The notes under the pieces are model-generated. The model had not been told where the DNA came from, made no database searches, and saw only the letters and a program-made list of their open reading frames with translations. From Dehalococcoidia bacterium (GTDB lineage: Bacteria; Chloroflexota; Dehalococcoidia; SM23-28-2; RBG-16-64-32), in contig CAXXTF010000001.1 of assembly GCA_963665775.2 (NCBI GenBank), positions 288,001 to 352,000 on the forward strand: a stretch of DNA of 64,000 nt, written 5' to 3'. This document shows positions 9,597 through 19,083 of this stretch, in pieces. The position numbers were made by a program, and so were the translations under genes. The first letter of the stretch is position 1; every line of letters begins with the position of its first letter.

Positions 9597-10709
9597 TGAC
9601 CTTGCCCCCGAAAACGAGTCCAGGCCCAATGTTAGTAATCAGGGGTTCTGGACCAGAGAAAGGGGCAGAAGGATTGGGCAGGCAGCATCACACGGCAGAG
9701 GAGATCATCAACAAGTTGAGGGAGGCGGAGGTCGGGCTGGCTAAGGGCCTGGCCGTGCCCGAGGTCTGCAGGAAGCTGGGCGTGGCAGAGCAGACCTACT
9801 ACCGCTGGCGGAAGGAGTATGGCGGCCTGAGGAGGCAACAGGCCACCGCCTGCCGTCTCTTCGCCGGGCCTGCCAGGTTCTGGGGCAGGAGCGATCGACG
9901 CAGCGGCGGTGGGGTTCTCCTCCCGACGATGAAGGGAGGCTGCTGAGGCGGATGGTGGAGCTAGCGACCGAGTACGGGCGCTACGGTTACCGACGGGTCA
10001 CCGCCTTGCTGCGAAAGGAGGGTTTTCAGGTGAACCACAAGCGGGTAGAGCGACTCTGGCGGCGGGAAGGGCTGAAGGTGCCGGCGAAGCAGCCGAAGCG
10101 GAGGCGGCTATGGCTGACCGATGGCTCCTGCGTTAGGCTCAGGCCGACTGAGCCCAACCACGTCTGGAGCTACGACTTCGTGTTTACCCGCACCAGCGAC
10201 GGCCGTCCCCTGCGGCTCTTGACGGTGCTGGACGAGTTCACAAGGGAGTGCCTGGCTATCCAGGTGGCGAGGCAGATCACCAGTGATGACGTGCTGGCAC
10301 GCCTGGCCCAGCTCTTCGTCGAGCGCGGGACGCCTCGCTACCTGCGCTCGGACAACGGGCCAGAGTTCACGGCACGGGCGCTCCGGACCTGGCTAGAGCG
10401 GGTAGGCGTGCAGACTCTGTATATCGAGCCCGGGAGCCCCTGGGAGAACGGCTACATCGAGTCGTTCAATGGGAAGCTACGTGATGAACTATTGAATGGG
10501 GAGGTGTTCGACACGGTGCTGGAAGCACAGGTCCTCTGCGAGCGGTGGCGACGGAACTACAACGAGGTGCGCCCGCATAGCGCTCTCGGCTACCGGCCGC
10601 CAGCACCGCAAGCGATCGTGCCATGGCCGGGCTCCACCGCGCCATCCCTGGAGACTACGGCGATGGCCACACTAACATAGCCTGTGGTAGCGTTTATGGG
10701 GGCAGGTCA
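9597..10709 (+). mobile_element. IS3-family element, copy 1 (orfA/orfB junction deleted and partly inverted)
   Basis: Ends TGACCTTGCCCCC...GGGGGCAGGTCA; OrfA N-terminus EEIINKLREAE; Orf[32 protein letters not shown]. No target duplication seen. Confidence 0.92.
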
Positions 10710-11183
10710 CTCTTCGTCGCGACTGCCGCCGGTATGTATCTCACGTTCCGCCCCTACGAGCGCTTCCTATCCTTGCTCGGCGCCTTCGCGTTCTTGGCTG
10801 CGGGTGTCTCATTCATGTCGGGGATGGTGGCCAGGCTAACACTCACGCAGTTGGCTCGCGAGTTCGGAGGCACCAGCGGTATCGAGGCCGATCAGATCGT
10901 GCCTGCCGCTCGTGCCGTTGCACTCGCGAGCGAGTGGGCGCTTCTCGCAGGGCTCGGCTTCTTCGGCCTGGGCCTTCTGGCGCTCGGCATCCTCATGATC
11001 TGGCGACGACCTTTGCCACTCGGGCTCGGCTGGACGGCCGCAGGCTGCGGCATCCTTATAATCGTGGGTATGCCAACGTTTTTCATATCGGTAGCCGGGT
11101 CTCTGATAGGCTTCGTGTGGCTCATCGTCGCCGGCGGATGGCTGGTGTGGCGTGGCACTAGTGAGGCTGGTGAGGCTGGCTAG
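10710..11183 (+). pseudogene. Membrane protein (DUF4386-like), 5'-truncated by the IS
   Basis: Several hydrophobic helices, LPLGLGW and WLIVAGGWLVWRG tail; begins abruptly at the IS end. Confidence 0.55.
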
Positions 11184-11827
11184 CTGGGTCTGATTAGTCG
11201 ATAGGGGCTGAGAGGGGTCAGTAGGCCCCGACACCTGGACCTGCTGAGGCGTGCGCGTGAGTTAGAAGACGCCTTATTTATAGTCGCACCATTAGTCATC
11301 CTTCATGACAGGACTAAGACTTTGGCTCATGCTAGACTCCCTTGGCGGGAAGCCGACCCCCCTTTTTGCCTTTTTACTTCTCTCAGAATATTAACGTCAA
11401 CTATATACGTACATGTACGGCACCCCCGTCGTGGGTTCCCGTCGACGCATCGCGGCCTAGCACGGCGGGCGCCTGGACGGACAGGAAACGGAAGAGAAGA
11501 GAGAAACGCCAACCTCTCGTGCCTACCATCCGTCGGGTGCGTTTCCTCATGCACTATAACCGTTACGTAAAGTAGGGGAGTGCGCGGAGGGCTTGACTCG
11601 CTAGTGTAATGTGATAGCTGACAGGGCTCGCCAGGGCTCTGTCGCCTTTATCCGGCCCTCCTTCGCTGTCTTGTCCTACAGCGAAAGAGGGCCAACTGTT
11701 GCCACGGAGCCCTTTTAGGGAGGGCGTATGGAAGAGCGCATGCTTGCGATTAGGCGTTGTAACGGGCGCGAACGAGGGGCGCATTCGTATCTGCGGCGGG
11801 GCACAGGGCGGACCTCGTTAATCCCAG

Positions 11828-12466
11828 TCATGCGCTCTTCGGCGCCCTGCGTCGTGCCAGGACCCGCCGGATGAGGCTCGCCAGGCCCACTGGGTCGCGA
11901 CGGTAGGCCGAGGTCGCCAGCACCTCCATGGCGAGTCTCTTCGACGATTTTCCCTCCGCTTCTCGCCGCCTTCTGCGCTGCACCACTGTTGAGTTCAAGG
12001 GGTCCATAGTATTCACCCTAACCGAGTACACATTATCATCTGACTGGTTTCGGCGATTGGCGTATTCCGGTAGGTCCGCGTAACGGCGCCCCCGATACTT
12101 CGGGTGAACCATTGTCCGGCCACCTACCCTGACGCCATACGTAGGGTAGAGAATATCCCCGCCGTAGAGCGCAACAAGGTGCCCATCCTCAAACACTCCG
12201 TACCAGGGGCTTCGGTCGATGAGCTTGCCGCGCAGAATCCCGAAGGAGCCCGCTGCACGTCTCAAACGGTTAATTTCGCCAATGTCGGCGCTCGTAAGGC
12301 GTCTCGCAAGGTTATCATCCGGCCCGAGGTCAGGATTCCTGCCACCGTCGGTCCTCGCCGAGACCTGATACGGAGAGTCCCGCAGAAGGAAAAAGCACCG
12401 CCTAAGTACCGGCCCATGGTTGACCTGAGCCCAGAGTCTGGACACATAGCGCGGGCCGGGGTGCAT
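11828..12466 (-). CDS. GNAT-fold (FR47-like) protein, possibly 5'-truncated
   Basis: ARRLTSADIGEINRL, WYGVFEDGHLVA, TMVHPKYRGRRYA (acetyl-CoA binding motif A). Confidence 0.6.
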   Translation of the reverse strand: MHPGPRYVSRLWAQVNHGPVLRRCFFLLRDSPYQVSARTDGGRNPDLGPDDNLARRLTSADIGEINRLRRAAGSFGILRGKLIDRSPWYGVFEDGHLVALYGGDILYPTYGVRVGGRTMVHPKYRGRRYADLPEYANRRNQSDDNVYSVRVNTMDPLNSTVVQRRRRREAEGKSSKRLAMEVLATSAYRRDPVGLASLIRRVLARRRAPKSA

Positions 12467-12480
12467 TGACAGTGTGCCAT

Positions 12481-12747
12481 TCAGTGCCGCAGGGTTGCCC
12501 AGGCCGTGCCATGCCAGCGCACAATGGTGTCGGGTTGGACGACGACAACGGCTGAGCGCCAGCGAGACCAGCGGCGGGAGAGCCAGCACCAGAGCAGGCG
12601 GTCCGCCGGTTCAAGGCGCGGGCGCCGGGCCGAGCGCATCAGGATGGCGAGCTGATGGCGCAGGGCCAGGTTCTAAAGTTCGACGTCCTGCCGGGCTCGC
12701 AAGGCGTTACGTATAGTGCCGATGAGCAGAAAGATGTAGATATTCAT
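12481..12747 (-). pseudogene. Integrase-core transposase N-terminal remnant with internal stop
   Basis: ...QDVEL*NLALRHQLAIL...RPRLEPADRLLWCWLSRRWSRWRSAVVVVQPDTIVRWH. Confidence 0.75.
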
Positions 12748-12823
12748 TGTCCAGATCCTTCTTGTGGCGAACGCTACGCGAGGCCACTGCGCCTATGCCC
12801 CGCCCGATCCAGCCTGCCCGATT

Positions 12824-15229
12824 CTAGGATGGCGCTGCAACCGGCTCAGGCCAAGTCACCACGCCAGCTTTCTGTAGGCCGTTGATCTCGTTGGTCGTGT
12901 AGCCCAGTTCCTCGAGAATCAGCTTAGTATGTTCGCCGGTTCGGTTCCCTGAGCCTGCCACGCCCGGCGTCAGCGAAAGATGAACACCAGGTGCGTTCCG
13001 GATGTATTTCCCCCAAACAGGGTGTTCAGCTTCAACAGACAGTTCATTAGCTCGAATCTGTTCGTCGTTCATAAAGAAAGTGTAGTGCTGCCCGGCGTCT
13101 GCCACAACGCATCCAATATCGTGTCCTGCTAGATACTGTTCCCATTCCACCGCTGTTCGCCCTTCGAATAACTCTTCCAAGCAAGCAGCCAACTCCGTGT
13201 CGTGCTCAGCGCGCGCCGTCGGGCTGACGAAGCGGTGGTCTCCTAGCCACTCTTCCTTGTTCAGGGCCTTACACAAACCTTCCCACTCCCGTCGGACCAA
13301 ACAAGCCAAGAAAACCCAGCCCTCTCGACAGTGATAGAGCCTATAGAGGGCTCCGAGACCGCGAAGTTCGGTATCGGGAAGGACGCGGGGCGGCTTGCCC
13401 TCGTACCTGATGAAGTCGCCAGAGTTAGCATAGGCATTGGAGCGGAGCATGCTGGTCTCCAGATACTGTCCCTGCCCAGTCTTCTCGCGTGCATAAAGGC
13501 CCAGCAGCAAGGCGGTACCGACAACGATGGCGCCGGTGGCATCCGGGTTGCCATCGTTCGCTTTGGCGAGATGAACAGATATTCGTTTCACCTCATCTAG
13601 GGTGAGCGGCGTGCCCGGCGCGGGCGGAACGCCCGGGCCCGCCTGATAAAGAGCCCCACCACAGATAGCGCCAAAGGTCACCCAGTATGCTGGCCTCGAG
13701 GCGAAGGGGCCACTGGACCCATAACCCCCTGCACTCAGATATATGAGTCTGGGATTTATCCTCTTGAGAGTTTCGTACTCCATACCCAGCCGCTCTGGAA
13801 CTCCTGGGCGGTAGTTGTGCATCAGCAGGTCCGTTTTCTCAACCAGCTTATACAGGATTTCCCTGCCGTTCGCCGTCTTGAGATCGACCGCTAGGCTTTC
13901 CTTTCCCTGAACTGTCTTGAGTGCTCCATTTCTGCGCAGCGGATCACCTTCCAGAGGTTCGAGCTTGATCACCCGCGCGCCTAGGTCAGCGAGCAAACTT
14001 GCACCGTACGGCCCTCCCCAGTAGGTAGCAAGCTCGAGCAACGTAACTCCTTCCAGCGCATGCCGAGGCAGCGAGCCTCTTCCGAACCGCCGTTCACGGT
14101 TCCGTTCTAGCCCGCCAAGGATCTGGCTAGTGTGCTGACCAAGGGTCGGAGCAGACACCAGAGCCTCTGAGGGAGCATCATTGAACTTCACAAGTGGGCT
14201 AAGTTGCGCCACCTTCCCGTACTGCTCGTGTTCGACCTCTATTGCGTCACCATTGTGTATGACCTGAGGGTGCTCCATGGCCTGCTGGGTACTCCTGAAC
14301 GGCTCAACTGAGATGTTTGAATCGGCCATCAATATTTCCATCCACTCGTCCAGGGTCTTCTCCTGGATTCTTAGCAACAGCAACTGCCATAGATCCTCAG
14401 CCGCTGTCCCAGTAGAGACGACCCTAGTGGGCATGGCCTGTTCACCAGCAAAAACGTCCTCCATTTCCACGGCCTTGAGAAATGCGCGGAACTCGCGGTC
14501 GCCAACGTTCGCAAACTGCAGCCAGTATCCATCCTTCGTGGACGCGATTAATGACCGATAGGAAGGCCCCATGCTGTGATAATTGGTGAATATTTCTGGA
14601 TAGCGGTCCCTAAGCTGGACTATTAGCCAGTTGAACATTTCATAGCAGCCGAGGGCTTGCAGCAGACTTGTTTGGACGAGCTGCCCCTTGCCTGTTCGTT
14701 CCCGGACAAAGAGCGCCGCCACGATTCCTTGGAGCGCAAGTTGGGAGGCACCCATACTGGCCACCGGCACACAAGCGTAAATCGGTCCACCACGCTCTAG
14801 TTGCCCTTCGTACTCCATCATGCGACCTGCCTTAGCGTGTACCACTCCCTCGTACGCTTTGTAGCCGGCAATTGGCCCGTTCTCCCCGAACCCAGTAATG
14901 GAGCAGTAGACAAGAGATGGGTTTTGCTCTGACAAAGTCTCGTACCCAATGCCGAGGCGGTCGGCAACTCCTGGGCGGAAGTTGTTTATGACAACGTCTG
15001 ATGTCACTCCTAGTCGCTGGGCGTCTGCCCTGCCTCGCTCTGATTTCAGATCGATGACTACACTCTTTTTCCCTCGGTACCACTGAATAGAAGCGGGAAC
15101 GTGACGAAATGGGTCCCCGCCCGGGGGCTCCACCTTGATAACCTCGGCGCCGTAATCGGCCATGACCATCGTGGCGATGCCACTCGGCATTCCTGAGCCG
15201 AAATCAGTCACTCTGAGGCCCTGAAACAC
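12824..15229 (-). CDS. Family III (CaiB/BaiF) CoA-transferase with two fused domains
   Basis: Two ADxGAxVIKxEP motifs; RGKKSVVIDLK and QGKESLAVDLK; RBS GGAGG before GTG 15229. Confidence 0.92.
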   Translation of the reverse strand: MFQGLRVTDFGSGMPSGIATMVMADYGAEVIKVEPPGGDPFRHVPASIQWYRGKKSVVIDLKSERGRADAQRLGVTSDVVINNFRPGVADRLGIGYETLSEQNPSLVYCSITGFGENGPIAGYKAYEGVVHAKAGRMMEYEGQLERGGPIYACVPVASMGASQLALQGIVAALFVRERTGKGQLVQTSLLQALGCYEMFNWLIVQLRDRYPEIFTNYHSMGPSYRSLIASTKDGYWLQFANVGDREFRAFLKAVEMEDVFAGEQAMPTRVVSTGTAAEDLWQLLLLRIQEKTLDEWMEILMADSNISVEPFRSTQQAMEHPQVIHNGDAIEVEHEQYGKVAQLSPLVKFNDAPSEALVSAPTLGQHTSQILGGLERNRERRFGRGSLPRHALEGVTLLELATYWGGPYGASLLADLGARVIKLEPLEGDPLRRNGALKTVQGKESLAVDLKTANGREILYKLVEKTDLLMHNYRPGVPERLGMEYETLKRINPRLIYLSAGGYGSSGPFASRPAYWVTFGAICGGALYQAGPGVPPAPGTPLTLDEVKRISVHLAKANDGNPDATGAIVVGTALLLGLYAREKTGQGQYLETSMLRSNAYANSGDFIRYEGKPPRVLPDTELRGLGALYRLYHCREGWVFLACLVRREWEGLCKALNKEEWLGDHRFVSPTARAEHDTELAACLEELFEGRTAVEWEQYLAGHDIGCVVADAGQHYTFFMNDEQIRANELSVEAEHPVWGKYIRNAPGVHLSLTPGVAGSGNRTGEHTKLILEELGYTTNEINGLQKAGVVTWPEPVAAPS

Positions 15230-15361
15230 TGGGGCACCTCCGTTCGCTTCAGCGTCGCAACTGGGGGGCGAGGTCGCCCGCAAGCCATCGCCATTCGCTA
15301 GTTAACGATGTCGTGCTTGAGTCGCATCTAGCCCGTTCCGATAAGTATGGTCGGCGTATGC

Positions 15362-15391
15362 ACTCTAATTCTCGGCCAGCGCAAGTGTCAA
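15362..15391 (-). promoter_or_regulatory. Sigma70-like promoter for the leftward CoA-transferase
   Basis: TTGACA-N18-TAGAGT on the minus strand. Confidence 0.5.
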
Positions 15392-15454
15392 CTGTCCAAT
15401 GGCTATGTGAGTAAATGCACAAGCTTGCTCGGCTTTAAGTCTTTCGAAATATGG

Positions 15455-15483
15455 TTGACAGAAGCATAGGGTCACATTAGAGT
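15455..15483 (+). promoter_or_regulatory. Sigma70-like promoter for the rightward catabolic genes
   Basis: TTGACA-N17-TAGAGT. Confidence 0.6.
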
Positions 15484-15522
15484 TCTGATAGAATAAGTAA
15501 ATTGCCGACATAGGAGGCCTTT

Positions 15523-16716
15523 ATGAAGCTGCTCGAAGGTTTCAGAGTTCTGGACATGTCTCGCCTGATCCCGGGACCCCTCGCAACCATGTTCCTCGCC
15601 GATCTGGGCGCGGATGTTATCAAGGTCGAAGACCCTAAGGTTGGTGACTACTTTCGACTCTCCGGCGAGGAGTCGCACGGAGGGTGGCGAACGGCATTCG
15701 TCTACCTGAATCGTAATAAGCGCAGTGTGACTGCGGATTTCAAGACAGAAGAAGGGCGAAAGGTCGTGTACGACCTCGCGAAGACCTCTGATGCATTCAT
15801 TGAGGGTGCTCGGCCTGGATCCACCGCCAAGCTCGGATTTGGATACGACGTACTGAAGGCTATTAATTCTAGGATCGTGTATTGCTCATTGACCGGCTTC
15901 GGGCAGACAGGTCCTTTTGCGCAGTTAGCAACGCACGGAGGTGCGTATGACGCGGTTACTGGAGTTGCCGTACCGCGCCAGATCAAGGACGGGAGCTTTG
16001 TACAGTATCGGCCATATCCTCATATTGGTACGACTTCGGGTCCCTGGCTCGCTGTCATGGCCATGCTCGCCGCACTGTTAAGGGCCCAACGAACTGGAGA
16101 AGGGGCATATATCGACATCTCATGCGCTGATGCCAGCCTAGTGGCTCTGGACAGGGAGATTGAGCCGGTTCTAAATGGCGACCATCGGGGCTGGCCAGAT
16201 CCCGAAGAGAACGTGTCCGTGAAGTACTGCTATTACAAGACGAAGGATGACCGATTCATGTTGATCCAGGCAATCGAGCAGCATTTCTGGGAGCATTTCT
16301 GTGAAACCGTCGGGCGCCCGGACCTGAAGGGGAGAGGTGAATGGGGAGCCAGCCGCATGGACAGCTCCTCTGGTGACGCCGAACTCAGGCAAGAATTGAT
16401 CGGCCTTTTCAGAACCAGGACGCAGGCTGAGTGGACTCAACATTTCCTGGATAACAACATAGCGGGAGCGCCCTACTACCCGCTGGACGAGGTGGCTCAC
16501 ACTGAGCTGTTTCGTTCTCGGGAAATGATCGTAGAGCAAGAGCATCCCGCGGCGGGAAACGTCTCGATGGTCGGCAGCGCCATAAAGATCGAGGGTGAAG
16601 CGTTTGAGATCGCGAGGCCGGCGCCTGCGCTGGGTGGGGACACCAAGGAGGTCCTCGCTGAGCTCGGATACAGCGATCAAGAGATACGATCCTTGAAGGA
16701 TCGTGGATTGGTCTGA
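15523..16716 (+). CDS. CaiB/BaiF-fold protein (CoA-transferase III / racemase-like), single domain
   Basis: RBS AGGAGG; GPLATMFLADLGADVIKVE, NRNKRS, YCSLTGFGQTGP. Confidence 0.92.
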   Translation: MKLLEGFRVLDMSRLIPGPLATMFLADLGADVIKVEDPKVGDYFRLSGEESHGGWRTAFVYLNRNKRSVTADFKTEEGRKVVYDLAKTSDAFIEGARPGSTAKLGFGYDVLKAINSRIVYCSLTGFGQTGPFAQLATHGGAYDAVTGVAVPRQIKDGSFVQYRPYPHIGTTSGPWLAVMAMLAALLRAQRTGEGAYIDISCADASLVALDREIEPVLNGDHRGWPDPEENVSVKYCYYKTKDDRFMLIQAIEQHFWEHFCETVGRPDLKGRGEWGASRMDSSSGDAELRQELIGLFRTRTQAEWTQHFLDNNIAGAPYYPLDEVAHTELFRSREMIVEQEHPAAGNVSMVGSAIKIEGEAFEIARPAPALGGDTKEVLAELGYSDQEIRSLKDRGLV

Positions 16717-16809
16717 CCATTGGATAGATTGCCCCCTTGTGCTTACATTGATCTACGGACTCCGTTGAAGTACTGCTTGGGCCGGTGAGGCTCGAAGGAG
16801 GGCGGGTAG

Positions 16810-17202
16810 ATGAACGTTACCGGGCTGGACCACATAAGCGTCGCGGTGCGCGACATGGAGCAGGCGGAGCGGAACTGGGAGCAGGTGCTGGGGAGGAAGG
16901 CCGGCGCGCATTCGACACCGGAGGAGACCCCCCACACTCAATTCTTCTTCGGCGATGGAAAGCCGTATATTGAGCTGCTCTCCTCCACCTCACCGGACGG
17001 GGAGGTAGCCAAGTTTGTGGAGAGGAGGGGTGAGGGGCTATATCTGGCCTGCTTCAGGGTAGACGACGTCTCCGCCGCGGCTGCGGAACTTAAGGACCTC
17101 GGTTACCGGGTGTTCCAGTATGGCGAGGAGCACACCACCTTTATCCATCCAAAGGATCTTAACGGCGTACTATTGGAGATCACAGAAAGGGAAGAACGGT
17201 GA
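16810..17202 (+). CDS. VOC-family protein (methylmalonyl-CoA epimerase-like)
   Basis: LDHISVAVRD, IELL, RRGEGLY...FRVDD, FIHPKDLNGVLLE. Confidence 0.85.
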   Translation: MNVTGLDHISVAVRDMEQAERNWEQVLGRKAGAHSTPEETPHTQFFFGDGKPYIELLSSTSPDGEVAKFVERRGEGLYLACFRVDDVSAAAAELKDLGYRVFQYGEEHTTFIHPKDLNGVLLEITEREER

Positions 17203-17259
17203 TCGCCATCGCTATGATCGCCACGTGCAGGCCTAAGTTTGCCAGATAGGAGAAGAAAG

Positions 17260-18960
17260 ATGCCGTACGAGAACTATTGGACACGCCTCCAAAGAAGGCG
17301 GATGAATCGTCGCTGGTTCCTAAGAACATCTGCGGTTGGAGCGGGAGGACTGGCCGCCGCAGCAGTGGTGGGCTGCGGAGATGATGAGGAAACGGCGATA
17401 CCTACTCCAACAGCCACTCCCACTCCGGGAGCCACGCCAACAGCTGCGCCGAAGCGGGGCGGAACACTGAAGACTATCAGGCAGCTTGAGCCGCCAAATC
17501 TGGACCTCCATACGGTTGCCACTGTCTCTTTATCGGCGTCAGGTCCAGCAATGGCCTATAGCCGACTTGTGAAGCTAGATACGGGACCCGAGGGGCTGCA
17601 GAAGAACACCATCATAGTGCTGCCGGATGCGGCTGAGATGTGGGAGGTCCCCGATCCACAGACGTATATCTTTCAGCTTCATCGCGGGATGAAGTTCTTC
17701 GATATTGCGCCAGTTAGCGCTCGGGAAGTGGTCGCGGACGACGTCGTGTACAGCTTTAACCGGCAGATCGACGAGGGGGTCAACAAGAGCCAGCTAGGGC
17801 CGATCAGCAGTATCGTGGCGGTGGACAGTCACACCGTACGCATCGAGATAACCCGCCCGGACGTCGACCAGCTCGGAACCTTTGCGGAAACTCACAATAG
17901 GATCGTTGCCAAAGAGGCGGTGGAGGTGAACGGGCACCTCGAGGACCTGCCGGTGATAGGCAGTGGTGCTTTCATGGTAGATGAGTGGACATCAAAACAG
18001 TTCCTGCGATACGTCCGCAACCCCAATTACCACCTGGGCGACCTACCGTACTTCGATGCCATCGAAGAGACGTTTAACAGAGACCGGCCTATATTCTTGG
18101 AAGCTTTGCGCCTGGGCAGGATCCACACGAGTGGTGTGCAGGGCACAGGAAATCTTAATCCCGACGAGGCGGCCGCCCTGGCGGATGCTGTGCCCGAGAT
18201 GGTGATCTTCACGCGAGCGAGCTCGGCGGTGACAGGCCTGTACGCCCATGCTCAGCAGCCCCCAACAAATGACGTGCGTGTGCGTCAAGCCCTCGGGATG
18301 GCTATTGACCGCCAGGCCTTCATCAATGACCTCTTGCAGGGTAACGGGCAACTTGGATCGGGGGTCAGACTACCTACCGCCCGGGCAGAGCTGTCCCAGA
18401 CGGAGCTCGGCACGCTGCTTGCTAGGGATATAGAGGGCGCGAGGAACCTATTAAGCGAAGCGAACGTTACGGACTGGACACCTGAACTGCTGATATCGGC
18501 CCGCAATCCGGTGCCCGGTGAATTCGTTCAGGCACAGCTCAGAGAGATCGGGGTCAATGCCACTACCGATACATACGACGTCCCGCGGCTTACTGAGCGA
18601 ATCTACAATCACGAATTCGAGATACTGTTGGGCGGAAGTGGTCGCGGGTCAACTACAAATGCGGACCTTGATGTTCGTTTTCACAGCGGTGGCTCAATCA
18701 ACATTCCCGACATCCGTGACGCCCAGTTGGACACATGGATCGAGCAGCAAGCCTCAGAGACCGACGAGGACACGCGCATCGATCTGTTGAAGAGAATCCA
18801 GCGGCGAATCATTGAGTTGGCGGTGCCCAGCCCCATCGCGGCCCAAAACCAAATAGGTGCCTACAGACCAGAACTAAAGGACTGGGCGCCCGGTTTGGGC
18901 GGCGATTACTGGGTGTCCGAAATCTATGACGGCGCTTGGTTCGATTCAGCGGCCGGTTAA
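17260..18960 (+). CDS. Peptide/nickel-type ABC solute-binding lipoprotein with Tat signal
   Basis: NYW...NRRWFLR twin-arginine leader, VVGC lipobox; PKRGG, DDVVYSF, IGSGAF, DVRVRQAL..AIDR. Confidence 0.92.
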   Translation: MPYENYWTRLQRRRMNRRWFLRTSAVGAGGLAAAAVVGCGDDEETAIPTPTATPTPGATPTAAPKRGGTLKTIRQLEPPNLDLHTVATVSLSASGPAMAYSRLVKLDTGPEGLQKNTIIVLPDAAEMWEVPDPQTYIFQLHRGMKFFDIAPVSAREVVADDVVYSFNRQIDEGVNKSQLGPISSIVAVDSHTVRIEITRPDVDQLGTFAETHNRIVAKEAVEVNGHLEDLPVIGSGAFMVDEWTSKQFLRYVRNPNYHLGDLPYFDAIEETFNRDRPIFLEALRLGRIHTSGVQGTGNLNPDEAAALADAVPEMVIFTRASSAVTGLYAHAQQPPTNDVRVRQALGMAIDRQAFINDLLQGNGQLGSGVRLPTARAELSQTELGTLLARDIEGARNLLSEANVTDWTPELLISARNPVPGEFVQAQLREIGVNATTDTYDVPRLTERIYNHEFEILLGGSGRGSTTNADLDVRFHSGGSINIPDIRDAQLDTWIEQQASETDEDTRIDLLKRIQRRIIELAVPSPIAAQNQIGAYRPELKDWAPGLGGDYWVSEIYDGAWFDSAAG

Positions 18961-19083
18961 TCACTTCCGACCTGGAGAGGTTACTGGAGGTACAGGAGCG
19001 GGAAACGAGGGCATCAGCGACAAGCCTACAGAGGGCAAGCCGGCGGCAGATGCCTGCCGAAGACGATCCGATGGGAGCTACCG

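Noticed and set aside
11184-11827. Possible ncRNA or regulatory leader in the 640-bp gap
   Set aside because: Only a weak hairpin with a T-run and short palindromes; no RNA family I can recognise.
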